64,000 nt of DNA from the human T2T-CHM13v2.0 reference genome, Homo sapiens (GCF_009914755.1 NC_060926.1); one strand, 5' to 3'. Counted from the first letter of the stretch, positions 1 through 14,904 are shown. A program made the numbers and translations. The notes: generated from the letters alone by a model not told the origin.

Positions 1-1660
1 GGAAGAAGAGGGAGAAGAAGGAGACAGAGGAAGAAGAAAGTAGATTTGTATTTGCTTGAGGTGGAGGAAGAGAGGAGTGTTGAATAGCTAATGCATAGAA
101 ATATTGTTAAGGCAATAAAATTATTCTGTATGTTGCTGTAGTGGTGGATATATGACATTATTTATTTGCCAAAGGCCATAGAACTCTATAGCACAAATGA
201 GACATACTGTATACAATTATTTTAAAAAATTAGTGAGTCTGGGATCCCAGCATAGAATGCAGATTAGAACAAAATAATATGACTGTATGACAAATCTATG
301 ACAACCTCACTGAACGTGTTATAGACAAGAAGGCCTGACCTCAATAACTTTGAAAATGAATAGAAGTATAAGACTAAAGGAAAAAGAAACTATCCATTAA
401 CACTGAACTCTAATTGGTAAACAATTTTTTTTTTCTTCTGGGTATGGGTTAATTATTTGGAAACTACTCTACATTTTTAGTGGGTTTGGGCAAAAAAGTG
501 AATGGATGGCATATGGTGGGACTTACTTAGATTCTCACTCATTGGAGCAGGAGGTTAAAAGCAAATGAGAGAGAAAGTTGGAATTAACCATAAGATGTAA
601 ACTTAGAGTTGGAGATATAGATGGGTAAATATAGAAACAATTATAGAGGTCTTTGTGTTGTATAAACAGATTAGTATACATAGATATATTTCCCCAGGCT
701 CTGTCCAGTGAAAGAGCAAAGATATTCCAATAACAATGAACACAACCAGCACCCAAAACTAGATTTCAAATTTTATTGACTAATAAAAGGAACAAGGTCT
801 CCTTAGAGAAATGGCTGATTCTTGTCCTTGGGCAGTGAATACATGAGGTAAGCCTAGAGTCATTTGCAGTTCCTAAAAGTAAGGAAATGTTCAACAAAGA
901 CGATAATGGGGATGCATCAAGGTGACAGAGGAGCCAAATAAAAGAACTCCCAATGGCAAAGCTGGAAACCATTAAAGCAACAAAATAATGTATTAAGAAA
1001 ATTAGTGTAGTACTAGATTATAATCCAAGTTATAAAATAAATAGCTATGCTTCTAAATGAGTAAATAAATAAATGGAAGAGAATAGGCAAATTTCCCATA
1101 CAAAAAAAAATAATTTATGTAGATATTCTCCTTAAAAGGTAGTGGAATATAGCTTTCACGCCTTGAATGTAATGTGAACATTGCAATTTCCTTCCAAAGA
1201 CTACAGTATGGAAAGAAGGGAAATGGAGCAATTTGAGTGTGGAATGACCCAATAAGCCCTTCCTCAGAACAGGTGCTCAAAGTCAATATCAACAGTGATG
1301 AGTCACATTAATCATATGTACCCTAGACATGATGTGATGAAAATGGTCCTTTCTCTTTGCAGTCTTCCTCCTAAGAAACTATAGCTTAAGTCTGAGTAGC
1401 AGAAAAACATTAGCAAATCCATATTAAGAGACATTCCAAAACTGGATCAGTATTGCTCAAAACTGCCAAGGTCATCATAAAAAATAAAAGTCTGAGAAAT
1501 TGTTTTAGCATAGAGGAGCATACAGAGATGTGATATAGCTAAATATAATGTGGCATCATGGATGGGATCCTGAAACAGAAAAGGAATATTATGGAAAAAC
1601 TAAAGTAATTCAAACTAAGTGAAGACCTTATCTTAGTTAATAATATACCAACATTGGTTT

Positions 1661-1785
1661 AGTCAAGCGAGGTGGCATATGCCTACAGTCCCAGCTACAG
1701 TTTGGGAGGCTGAGGCAGAAGGATTATTTGAGGCCAGGAGTTTGAGGACAGCCTAGGTAACATAGTGAGAACCCTGTCTTAAAGA
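1661..1785 (+). mobile_element. Alu monomer (FLAM/AluJ fragment)
   Basis: ggtggcatatgcctacagtcccagctac...gaggccaggagtttgaggacagcctaggtaacatagtgagaaccctgtct, followed by an A-rich tail. Confidence 0.85.
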
Positions 1786-1887
1786 AAAGAAAGAAAGGAG
1801 AGAGAGAGAGAGAGAGGGAGAGAGAGAGAGAGAGAAAGAAAAGAAAGAAAGAAAGGAAGGAAGGAAAGAAAGAGGAAAAGGAAAAAA
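1781..1887. repeat. GA-rich polypurine simple repeat (expanded Alu tail)
   Basis: (GA)n, (GAAA)n and (GGAA)n runs directly after the Alu monomer. Confidence 0.9.
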
Positions 1888-4800
1888 TTAGTTTATTAAT
1901 TGTGACAACTGTTTCCTATTAGTGTAATATGTAAATAAGGCAACTGGGGGTGACGTACATTGAGACCTTCTGTACCCTTTGCAACTTCTGTGTAAATCTA
2001 AATCTACTCATTAAAAAGTATATTTTAGAAAGTAAAAACAACAAACAATATTCCATGACACATTCTAAAATATTCTACAATCAGATTTTCTTCATTATTT
2101 TTTGCTTTAAGTTACACAGTTATGTTTTTTACTTGGGACAGTGATTGTATTCATCATCTGCTTCCTAGAACCCTTGAGTATAAGGTGCATGGCTGAGTCT
2201 ACTAGTTGACTGCTCACATGGGCTGAATCAGCAGGAAGCATGCATCTAGGAATCTATTCCTCATCATTTGCCAAGAATATCTAATACAATCATTTCCGCT
2301 GAGGCCATAAGGCTAACTTACTTTGTTTTCTTTTTTTGTTTGTTTGTTTGTTTGTTTGTTTTTTTCAAAAGACACTATTTCAGGCAAACAGTTCTAGCCA
2401 GGGCCTTAAAACATGAAGGAATAGCTGAAACCATCCATGATTCCAAGTCTGACTGTCTTGGGTTAATTTATCACAGAAACTGAAATAATCAGAATGGGAG
2501 AAAGCTGAATCACTTATTTCATAAGGACTCAGTCAATGATTTCCCAGAAGGCAAGAATGAATTTCAGAGAGCAAAGGCATGAGATGAATTGCCAGGGCTT
2601 ACAATCTATCTTGCAAAGGTAAGGATAACCAGAAATAAAATCTTAGATTAAAAAACAAAAATCTTAGAGAGAGAATAACTTTGTCTCTAATCCCTGTTCC
2701 CATTCATATTGATTGTTTCACTTCATTCCATCCCCTTATCCCTAGAGGTATATACGTTTATTTGTTATTTGTGTATCCTTTTAGTGTCTGTGAAAATACA
2801 AAAAATAAAAATAAAAACACATATATATTTCCCCATTTAATGCACAAAGTTAGCATAAAATATGCACTCATCTGTATCTTGTCTTTTTAATTTCTGATGA
2901 TGACTGAAGAGCCCTATGCAAATCAGACTCTGTTCATTTCTATTGCTATTGCCTTGCCTTCAGTGTGGCTTAGCTACTTCCTGCCCTTGCTTCTTCAGAC
3001 TATCTTCTATGTCATCTTCCATGTCCACTGCTAGCACTCACTTTCTTTTGCTTTGTATCACCCGTTTAAATTTCTGAATACAGAACATATGGCTAATTTA
3101 AGGAATTGCCATTGTCTCGGTTTTAATTGAGATTTTATACTCAACCACCTAACTTAAGGAGTTTTCTTCTCGTTAAGTTAGCTGTAGTCAGGTGATTGAA
3201 GTCAAGTGGAAGGAGCTTGGTCATCCTTACAAGAATATAATCAGCCAGCACTGCTCCCTGAATAGAGGCTGTGGGCTTCGCTGTTTCTCTAAGAAGAGGG
3301 TGGTGAACATGAGAGAGAATTTGATTGGCCAACCTTTACATCTAGCTTAGTTGTCTCTTATTTATGTTACCTGTCAAATAAAAAACAGATGATTAACATA
3401 CTGTTCCAGATTTTTTTTTTTTTGGAACTGGCTTATTCTACTTTGTATTTCTCACTACTCTCAAAATTCAAACCTCGTATGTATAACAAATCACATTCCC
3501 TTCAGAGATTCAACTTTTCTTTTCTTTTTCCCTGGTTTTTTCCTTCCATGTAAATTATCCTGACAGTGTCTTTCCTCATCTCCTAAATCCAAGGTAATTG
3601 TTCCTTTATCTGCAAACCTAAATGACTGTGTTTTCATTTCTGCTTTGTATTAACTAAAAGAAATTAATAAGCAAAGAATGATAGAAAGAACATGTAATCA
3701 TTACATATATAAAGGACCAACTGGGTCCTGTGAATACATTAGAGCTTCTAAGTGCTGCTGATCTCTTGCTTCTCTCGCTGACACTGGCTAAAACAGCACA
3801 GGAAATAAATTGAGTGAGTATACATTTGTAATGATTTGCCTATTTTTTTCATTGGTATTGTTTCCAGGAAGAAATCATGGAATGGACGGGGGCAAAAATG
3901 AGCTACGTCATTATTGCCCCGAGTAGTTTAGCTAGGGCTTCTGTCAGCTGTGTACGTCAGAGCTCTCTGTCCTTTCTATCTTTCAGGAGGTTTGAAACCA
4001 AGAGGAAAAATCAGTGGAAAATAGAGTCAACAAAACACCTGGCAAAAACAGTGTTTTCTCTTTTTTTTCCCTCTAAGCACAAAAGGGACAGATACTTATG
4101 CAAATAAGTCACCAAAAGCACCTCTATTTACGGACGACATTCATTTAGACAGCTCCACAGTTCCACCTTGAGAGCCAATTTTCAGTTCACTTTGCAGTTA
4201 CTGAACACAAAATTACTTAATTTTTCAAAAAACAAAAAAAAGAAATCCATGTCCTCTAGTCGTATAGCCTACAAATGTGTCATCTGTGAGTATATTAATT
4301 TCTACTGATGGGTCCAAGTTTAAAATTTTAAAGAAAATTAATTAGAGCATGTATTTAGGGATGATATCTAACTTCCAAGGGGTTAATGTAATTATTTTCA
4401 CTTTTAAAAAATATGCACTCTGAATATCATGCATTCATCTAAAACAGTTATTGCTCAATGAATCAAGGAACTAACTGAAACTACTGGGCTAACAATGCTT
4501 TAATAAGTTCAGTCATTTATATCGAGCATAGCGCTACAAATACTACCTATTGCAGGGTAGAAATTCAGGGAGAGTTAACCAGACACTGACTCAATTTCAA
4601 AGACTGGATTGAGTTCTAGAAGCCTAAAGCCAACATAAGAACATAAAAAGCAGCCAGAAATGATTAAAGTGAAAATATGTAGATAGGGATATTGTTGCAG
4701 ATACCAACATAGACATAGATAGCAAGGATGGGGCAATAGATAAACTATGCTAATGAGTTCAACTACACTAATACAAGATGGTGGAGCCTATGCAACTGGG

Positions 4801-5045
4801 AGTAGAGCATAAATATTCTGAAAACAAAATGGAGGTTACAAGAAATGTGGGAATTTTGAACATCAATTTTTTTTTTTAGGTACATTTTCTTTGGGGTGAA
4901 TTGATCTGACTGAAGCAGGGCATGAGAAAGCAAGAAAGATGTATATTTTAAAGTTGTAAAGAAACTCCAAAGTACAAAATTCTACCCAGACATAAACCAA
5001 TTTTATGTCAATATTAACTGATGGCCATGCAGTTTTTTTCTGGAC

Positions 5046-5263
5046 CAGAATTTCTGATCTTTTTTACTGTTGTTATTTGAGACCAGATAATTCTTTCCTA
5101 CAGGTGGCTGTCATGTGAATTTTAGGAAGTTTGCCAGCATGCCAAGCGTCTACCCACTAGATGCCAGTAGCGCCCCCTCCTCAGTTATGATAGTCAGAAC
5201 TATCTCCAGACATTGTCAAATGTCCTCTCAGGAGTAAAACTGGCCCTCTGTCAAGAGCCACTG
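5046..5263 (+). mobile_element. MER20 hAT-Charlie DNA transposon
   Basis: Core tctacccactagatgccagtagc...tctccagacattgtcaaatgtcc; CAG...CTG ends; degenerate 8-bp TSD ttctggac/gtctagac. Confidence 0.85.
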
Positions 5264-5521
5264 GTCTAGACCAGTTCAATAACTGAGAACCCACATAAAT
5301 GCCCACTGGATTAATGGGCCTAAAGAGGATTATCTGTGGCGTTTGAGAAGTGATCCTTTAAACAGGAAATATTTATTATATAGACATTGTCAAGCATTAA
5401 AAGCTACAGATACTGGCAGTGCTGCTAGGCTTAAAGAAAGAGCAATAAACCTATCATATAGTATCATAGATAGGTGTAAGAGGGCAAAAACTTCCCATCA
5501 ATTTCTCCTGGAGTCACATAG

Positions 5522-5991
5522 TGAAGCAGGAGGTGGGACTTGACTCTGGAGACAGGGCTTGGACGCCAGAACAAATTGAGGACTAGCTAAAACAAGGACC
5601 AGGTGAAAGCAGCCCTCCATAAGACATGCCTGCTAGTGTGCCATTGCAGTTTACCATTGCCATAGCAACACCCAGGAGTCATGGCTTCCATGGTAATGAC
5701 CCAATAACCCAAAAGCTACTCTCCTTTCCCTAGAAGTTTCTGCATAAACTTCCCCTTAATCTACATGTAATTAAAAGTAAGTATAAATATGACTGCAACA
5801 CTGCCCTGAGCTGCTAATTTCAGCACACTGCCAATGGAGTAGCGCTGCTCTGTAGGAGCAGTCATGGAGCTTTTTCAATAAAGCTGTTTTGTTCTACACT
5901 ACCACTGGCTCCCCCTTGAATTCTTTCCTTGGTGAAGACAAGAGCCCTCATGGGCTAAGCCCCACTTTGGGGTTTTCCTGCCCCTGCATCA
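5522..5991 (+). mobile_element. ERV1-class solo LTR (MER66-like)
   Basis: TG...CA ends; aaattgaggactagctaaaaca; TATA-like gtataaat; aataaa; 4-bp TSD atag/ataa. Confidence 0.75.
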
Positions 5992-6145
5992 ATAAGATTG
6001 GGATTCTGGGGATTCCTGCGCTTGCTGTGGGCCTACTTGGGCTATAGAAATTAGCAGCCAGACTGTACCATGTCAGAAACTGTGATAACACTGGCAAAGG
6101 TCAATAGTTTCTGGAATAAATAAGCAAGTTTCCACTCCTAATTTT

Positions 6146-7220
<1,075 letters not shown>

Positions 7221-8026
7221 TAATTTTTAGGCAACTTTCTACTCCTGATTTGTAGCTAAGAACAGAAGAGAATGTCACTTTTATCTTTCCCCTCCTTACA
7301 ACTAGTAAAGGAACAAGGATATTTTTTAAATTTATAAAGAAGGAAAAGATAACATGTTATATTAAAGATGAAAGAAAATCTGAGAAGTAGTCATAAAAGA
7401 GTGACTGAGAGAATTTACCTAGTGCCTAGGCAGCTTTAGCCTAGACCAGATTAAGTAGTTTACTGAATAGAACTGTATATTTATGAGTCAGTGTTTCTAG
7501 AAAAGTTGGAATTAATAAATGGGTTTTGGTGTTGACAAAAAAGAGAGTCAACTTCATTGGAATCCATTTGTTTCTTCCTTTGATAAATGCAAACAAAACA
7601 TCTGCTTACTAAATGCTCTATAATTTTGCAACAATCAATATCAACACAGCCCTGCTGTGTTTTGCTCAGCTCTCATGTAGATGAAAACACTGAATGTACT
7701 TGCTAGCAAACATAAAAATATATCCACCAAGCACATATATAAGTATACACATTAAGACCAAAATGAGGATGGTTTCAAAGAGAAAAAAAACAAACAAAAA
7801 AAAAAAACAAAAAAAAACAGACTTCATACCAAAAGGAAAAAGAAAAAAAGAGAGAGAATGAATTAATGACAGCCATCTTCCCTTTTTTTTTTTTTTTTTT
7901 TTTTTTGGTGAAGAATAATTATTTGCTATCATGTCTGGCCCAGATCTTCTGCAATTTTTTTTTTTTTTTACATTTGTTTGGTGTGCCTATTCCCGGGCCA
8001 TTATTTTGGCTAATAGTTCACACACA

Positions 8027-8104
8027 CAATTTTCTTTAAAGTGATGCACTTGAGCTGATTAAAGTCAATTTTCTTTAAAGTAATGCACTTGATCTGATTG
8101 AAGT
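8027..8104. repeat. 39-bp tandem duplication (2 copies, 36/39 identical)
   Basis: caattttctttaaagtgatgcacttgagctgattaaagt / caattttctttaaagtaatgcacttgatctgattgaagt. Confidence 0.9.
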
Positions 8105-8111
8105 CACCGGA

Positions 8112-8432
8112 TGTAGTGGATGTGCTGAGGTCTAGAGGTCCTGCACCCTAAGCTTTTCATGTCAATAAGTGACCAAAATTGCAATGATATATGCAGACCG
8201 ACCCCATTGACTCTAAATAGGAAAGATTCTGTGGTGCAATTCATGTTCTGGAGCTCACAGTGGGATCAGGTTGAAGTTAGACTTCACCTCAGATCGCTCT
8301 CTCGCAGTTCTTTCCTCTTCTCCTGCTTCCCTCATGCCCTTACTTGGTACTCCTAAAAATACAGTAGCTCAAAAAATCTCACGCACACAAATCTTGTCTC
8401 AGGTTCAGCTTCTAGGAATATAGCCTAAGACA
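8112..8432 (+). mobile_element. ERVL solo LTR (LTR16 family)
   Basis: Starts tgtagtggatg; ends aaatcttgtctcaggttcagcttctaggaatatagcctaagaca, resembling the LTR16 3' end. Confidence 0.65.
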
Positions 8433-10368
8433 CTAGTGTGTATCCTAAGTTCCTGACATTTTTGAAAAAATATTGATTAGGTTTTTCTCCTCAATAACAA
8501 ATAGTAACCACCAAAATGTTAACATTCTTGTGAATTCATAAAGTTATGATTTAGTAAAGAGCTCTGACTGCAGGCAGAATGCTTGCTTCAAATTATGTCC
8601 AGTTAACAAGGAATGTGTAAACATACTCAAAATAAATAAGCATTTGACTCTTTAACACTTTGGATTTTTCCTTGATATATTTTTAAGGTTTTTCATAGAC
8701 GTAGTAGAAAGTCAACAACATGGTATGATTCGAAAGATACCTTCAAGGCCACCGCCCAAACATTCTCCTCTGCCACTAAATCTTCTCCATTATCATATTC
8801 CAGTTTGAATAACCCATCATAACAGATTCAATTACTCCTATTAAATTATTGCCTTATCTAAAATTTAAGAATTTTCATTGAGAAAAAAAAAGAACCCTGA
8901 TCAATGACTGAAGATGTGTAGGTCTGCTGCATGCCCAAGTTGTGATAGACTAAAAATCTGTGATCATTTTAAGTTGTTCTTTGCTATTTTGAAAGAAATA
9001 AAAATTGTTGCTCAAAATATTTTTGCAGGCCCCTTCTTCTATAAGGAAATATTCAAAATAATAAGATGAATGTATCAACATTTCTCTCAAAGGAAGAATT
9101 TAGTTTTAGCTGTTAATCAACTACATAACCATTTCCGATATACCCATATTTAGTCATTACTTAAAATATATCAACATTGTTTGCAAGGTACACATTAAAT
9201 TTACTTTCTTCATCTTTCTTTCTAGGTATATTTATCCCAGTGGTGGGCATGTTTGCTTCATAATGTGTGCTCGGCTTTTAAACGCTGCTTTTGTACCTAA
9301 GAATGCCACAGCCAGAAATACTTTTTTTTTCTAGTGAACAATTGCAAAGCATCTATGTCAATGCACACAATGAAAGACTTTATTTTTCAGACTGTGAATG
9401 TGCAAAACAAGGAAAACTAGTTCTGATATGGAAACAATCTCAACTGATACATACACTTTTATGTTTAATTTTACTAAAATATCAAACATCATATCCTCAC
9501 TATGAACTGTGACAAACAGTAGTTTTGCAAAGATGAGAGTTGAATCACTAAGATCTTGGCAATTGAATTTTTTACTTTTTTCTTTAACCACCTGCAGGAC
9601 AAATGGGTAGGAAGAAATGGATGTAACAACGAAGGGAGGGATGGAGGAAGAGAGGGAAGAGACTCATTCTTTCCAATAGGAAAAACCAAAACAGAAATAT
9701 GTTTTCATATAGCCTACAATGTTCACGTGCTAATTTTTTCCGGAGAATCAGGTTCTTGAAATATATGTATAAAACTAATTTGAACTGCCATTTTTATGTG
9801 CTTGCTGCTGAAATTCAATAAGAGATTATTAGAATTTTCAGTATGTTAGTTATAAATTTGAAATAAGCATCTATAGAGATGCTCATTTTAAAAATTATTT
9901 TCAACGATGTTTCCTTTAATTACCATATTTTAGTTTGCATGTTTTAATTAGCTACCCTTCAGATGAGTAACATACTCATGTATACCTTCATTCATTTGGT
10001 CTTAATGTTTTTTTAATTTGTTTTTTTTAATATTTTGTTATTCTCTGAGAGTTGGCTTAAAAAATTTTTTTAAGTGCAATCTTAATGTGGAGGGAAAGGA
10101 ATCAATATTTGAGCAGGAGACACTTTCAGGGAATATGACTAAAAAAAACTAAAAAAAAACAAAGAAACTTCCTATGTAGCATTCTTTTTAAAATAGGCAA
10201 ATTATAAAACTTCTTGGATAGAGTTGGAGGAAGAGGAAGGAATCTGCCCTTGAATTATTTATTCTATGCTGACAGCACCAAGAAAACTGTGTACATTACA
10301 TTGATAATTGTGTAAGTTACACTGTTTACCTGGAGACAGACCACAAATCTTATTTAATCTTCTTTTTA

Positions 10369-10432
10369 AATGTTTTTATTTATAGAAATTTATGGAGTAC
10401 AAGTGTAGTTTTGTTATATGAATAGATTGCAT
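10369..10432 (-). mobile_element. Very short 5'-truncated L1 (L1PB/L1MA-type 3' end)
   Basis: atttatggagtacaagtgtagttttgttatatgaatagattgcat flanked by TSD tcttcttttta/ccttcttttta. Confidence 0.6.
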
Positions 10433-10469
10433 CCTTCTTTTTATCCATTGTGTCCCAAAGTATATGTTA

Positions 10470-10610
10470 GATTCTTAGCACATATTATCTTGTTTATTCC
10501 TTGAATTAATCCCACAAGGTAAACATTTATTTTCACGTAGTACAGAAAAACAAACTGAATCTCTGATGAGCAATAAAATGTGTCTGAATTTACTTCCAGT
10601 CACAGACTGA
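10470..10610 (-). mobile_element. MIR fragment
   Basis: Degenerate MIR core (tacagaaaaacaaactgaatctctga...agtcacag). Confidence 0.45.
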
Positions 10611-11545
10611 TGGGATTACGTGAATAGAGGGAAAATAGAGCAGGGAAGGTGAACCCCTACGGATAAAATAGGGAATTCCCTCTTGAGAACAGAGTCCCAA
10701 GGTAGGATATGGCACAAAAGCAATCTTTTGAGTCTATTAAAATAATTAACTATCACAGGAATTGTAATTTTTATCTCATGTACGTTATGGAAATATTTAC
10801 ACATTTCTAATCAGAGGTCAATATGATTAAAACAGCAAATGAAAGGTAAAAAGCATTAGAAAAATGATTGCTTTTCTTCCTAGACTAATAGGAAATATGC
10901 ACATAAAGTTTACTTTTTCATGTCTAAGCAGTTATAAAGGTGAAGCAATGTTGCAGAGGCAAGAAGTCCTGTTATGGAAACATAGAAGAAGAGGAGAAAA
11001 TATAGCAAGGTATATCTGAAGTCTCTGTAGCTTTCTATGGATCATCTAAACTGCTATCATAAATGTATTGTTTATGTATTAAATGCAACACCTTACTTCA
11101 AAATATGTTTATTTTCCAACATTAATCTAAAAAATATTTTGTGAATGCTACCATAATCGCAAGCAACCAGGATTAAACTCTGGATTTATCTTTGACTGAA
11201 TTACTTCCCTTTTTTTTTATCTCCAGTCACCAAGTTCCCCCCACCCCATTTTTCACTTCTATCATCTGTTCAAAATCTGGACTAATCACTGCATTCTTGT
11301 CAATTTCATGACTTCGCAGCTAGTCTGCGTGCTTTTCCATTCCAATCTGTACACCATAATCTTTCTGTTCTGACCTCTAAAACCCCTATTTCCTTAGTTA
11401 CTTCTTTTCCTCAAAACTACAGTATCCCGATGATACACGAAAAAATTTCAAATTCTTCCAGGTCTCAGAAAAATTTAATCTAATTATGATAAAGTCACTA
11501 GATTTGATTACCAATTTTCAGGAAACACAGGAATAGACGAACATG

Positions 11546-11547
<2 letters not shown>

Positions 11548-11592
<45 letters not shown>
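11548..11592. repeat. (CA)n microsatellite
   Basis: About 22 uninterrupted CA units. Confidence 0.97.
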
Positions 11593-11596
<4 letters not shown>

Positions 11597-12127
11597 CATG
11601 AAGTGGCAGTAGGCAAAGACCAGACTGAGAAACTCTACAGGACAAACAACTAATTTTATTCAAAAATTCCAATTCAAAATATAAGAGAAAGATATAGAAT
11701 TAGAAACAGAGAAAGGGATAAAGATAATAGAGATAGAGACAGAAATAGTGATAAGGATAGAGATAGAGATAGTGGAGAGAGAAACAGAAATAGTAATAAC
11801 AACACAGAGTTAGAGAAAAGGAGAGAGAGATGAATGCCCATGAGGGAAGGAAGGAACCATAAACTAAATATCTATAATGAACATATTCAACCAGTTTCAG
11901 TGCAGAGACTTTATATGGATTCTTTCTCAAACAAATACACTTAAAATATGTGAAATCATTAGAACACTGACTGGATATTTATTGATATTCACAATGTATT
12001 GTTAATTGTATTAGGTTTCATGCTGAAATATTTATGGCAGAAAGCAAAAGATGTACAAAGATGTCTAAGATATGCATCAAATTAAAAATTAACCTAGCAG
12101 GGGAAAGGCGTCTGTCCAAGTCTAGAT

Positions 12128-12316
12128 CAATGGTTTTCAAGCAATACTGTGCATTAGAATCAACTGTAGGACTTGTTAAAATGCAAATTGATAGGTTTCA
12201 CCCTGAGTTTATGATTGAGGAGGTCGAAGACAGAGCCTGAAGATTTGCATTTCAGACTGGTTCTTGTATGTTGTTGATGTTGCTAGTACAAGGACCACAT
12301 TTTTGAGAATCACTTG
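12128..12316 (+). mobile_element. MER5A hAT-Charlie element
   Basis: caatggttttcaa...gcattagaatcaactg...cttgttaaaatgcaaattg...ggaccacatttttgagaatcacttg, preceded by a tctaga target. Confidence 0.75.
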
Positions 12317-13647
12317 ATGGATGAAACAACATCGTTCATAAGCTGATAATTATTGAAACTGGGAGGGATGTATACTGAAGCTGGGGGTTCATTAAGTCAT
12401 GCTGTCTACTTTTACATGTGTTCTATATTTTCCGTATTTGTTGAAAAGTTTAAAAATATATTTAAATTATACTTATAGTATTAGAATTCAGCATACTATT
12501 TAATTAAGAAGGAGAAAAAGGTGCGTGCTTAGGAAAAGACACATCAGGAACTTCTGGATACGATTATGTTTTATGTCTCAACCTGGGAGGTGTTAACATG
12601 CGTGTGTTCACTTTGTGATAATTCACAGAAGACTAGAATATAATCTGTGTATTATTTCTTGAGTTTAAACTCTTATATTTTTATAAAACATCTTTAAAAA
12701 TAAATACATCTTTCATCTCTATTATAGTTCAGGTAAGATGGATAGATACATAGGTAGATAGTAGATGGATGTATACAGTTTTACCAGAATTTGCTTCTTA
12801 CTGAAATTGAATGTTTTTGAGGAACACTAGGATGCACTTGAGTGAACATGTAAATGCATTTCAATTTTTAGAAGGAACCATTAACAACAATATGCCTGTC
12901 AGTACAGCATTTCTTTTCTTCCTTTTATAGTAAAATACCACAAAATAATATTTTGCCATACTTGTGTCTCCTATAGCTCCCTCTCTCTTAACTCCACCTC
13001 TGGAGGCATTGGACCCAAACACTCCACTGAAGTTGTTTTTGTAAAGCTAATCAAGAGTACCAACTTACCAATGCTAATGGTCAATTCTCAGTCCTCCCCT
13101 TATTTGAACTATTGGCAACATTTGACACATGCATTCTTGCCCTATTTTCTTAAAATACATTTTTTACTTGATTTTAGGGACATCTAAAAGAAACTTTTTG
13201 TTTCCCTCTTACCTCACTAGCTACTTCATCTTAGGGCCATTTGCTAGGTTTCCACAACTCTGTAATTTCTGAAATTTGGAGTGCCCTGAGATTCAGACCC
13301 CAAACCTTTTATTTTATTTTATTTTTTTCACTTTATACTGATGGGATATGTGTTTGCATGACTTTATATTCTATCTGTATGATGATGACTTCAAAACGTA
13401 CATCTCCATGACTTCTCTCTCTTCTGAGCTCTAGACTCATATATATGAATACTTACTTATTTTAAATGCATCATGTGCAAAACAAATGATCATTTCTTAG
13501 TTAAAAATTTTTCATTCTTAAATTCTTTACATGTTAGCATACCACTAGCCTTTTCAGTTCTCAAGGCAGAAACCTAGAATTTATCTTTGATTCCTCCTTT
13601 TTTCACCATCAAAACATTATAACCAATTTTATCAAAAAGTTTTAGTT

Positions 13648-14562
13648 TGATGCATGGAACAGAAGTACTGAAAACAACCCCAGGAACTCACTCTGCATAT
13701 CCTGGACTGTGACCTACATGGTAATGAGGATTTGTCGTTCTCCACGTAGGAATGGGCTCCAGTGCCTTCCCTAAATAGAAGGCCTGTGGTTTCCAATTGT
13801 TCCCAAGGTAAACATGCGCTGGACCGCTGGTGTTCCCAAACATCTGTGAAAGGCTGGCAGCCAATATGGACTGTATGGCATCCGAAGAGCTTATGTGTTC
13901 ATTTTCTAAATAGACTAAACTTCTTTAAGAGGAAATAGAAGCTGGAGTTGTGAGATGCCGTTTTTGGAAAGCAGATCCACCCTGTGGGTTAAACTCTGGC
14001 TCCAGGACTTCCATCCATGTGTTAATTGGGGAATTGTGCCTTGTCTTCTTGAACTGACACTGACTTTGCAAATTTCTCCATTAACACCTATCCCTTCACC
14101 TATGTCATGGGATTCTGAAAAATTCTTGTTCTTACTCTATTACATAAGAAGTAGATAGTAATAACTCACTTTGCCACCTGATATGGTTTGGCTATGTCCC
14201 CAACGAAATCTCGTCTTGAATTCCCATGTGTTGTGGGAGGGACCTGGCGAGACGTAAATGAATTGTGGGGCAAGTCTTTCCCATGCTGTTCTCATAATAG
14301 TGAGTAAGTCTCACGATATCTGATGGTTATTATAAGGAGGAGTTTCCCTTCACAGCCTCTCTTTGTTTGCTGCCATCCATGTAAGACGTGACTTGCTCCT
14401 CCTTTCCCTCCACCATAATTGTGAGGCTTCCCCAGCCAGAAACTGTAAGTCCAGTTAAATCTTTCTTTTGGAAATTGCCCAGTCTCAGGTATGTCTTTAT
14501 CAGCAGCACGAAAATGGACTAATACACCAGCTAAGGGACGAAGGGACCCATCTTATGAAACA
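13648..14562 (+). mobile_element. Probable old ERVL-class LTR inserted in L2 and itself interrupted by THE1A
   Basis: TG...CA-bounded block that interrupts contiguous L2 sequence; its end gggacccatcttatgaaaca resembles ERVL LTR ends. Confidence 0.35.
14179..14526 (+). mobile_element. THE1A (MaLR) solo LTR
   Basis: tgatatggtttggctatgtcccc...gaaaatggactaataca; 5-bp TSD ccacc/ccagc. Confidence 0.9.
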
Positions 14563-14904
14563 TTTGTCAATTCTACTTTCAAAATATATTTCAAATCTAT
14601 GGATTCTATCTTGGCTGATATGTATAAAACTACTACCATCATCTTATCGGACTATTGCAAAGGTAGAAATCAGCTTTTTCTCTCAGAAATATGTCAGTCC
14701 TTTCAATCTGAGAGGTCTTTTCAAAACATTTTATGTCAATCCTGTCCTTCTACACTTAATAAAATCCAAACTTCCTGCTATAGCCTAAGAAAACTATAAT
14801 TTGGCCATTACCTACATCTCCAATATCTTCTTAGTTCACCCTCCTCTTGTACTCTGCATTCAGCCTTGGCTTTTAAGAAGTTCCTAAAGTAAGCCAAGTG
14901 TTGT

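Larger units (their letters stand above)
1..2030 (+). mobile_element. Old L1MC-type LINE-1 3' region, interrupted by an Alu monomer
   Basis: Resembles the L1MC 3'UTR (ttattctgtatgttgctgtagtggtggatatatgacattat). Ends in a typical L1M terminus (ctgtaccctttgcaacttctgtgtaaatctaaatctactcattaaaaag). Confidence 0.65.
11470..12700 (+). mobile_element. L1MC/L1ME 3' fragments, interrupted by (CA)n and MER5A
   Basis: cagactgagaaactctacaggacaaacaac; aacactgactggatatttattgatatt; atgcgtgtgttcactttgtgataattcac. Confidence 0.55.
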
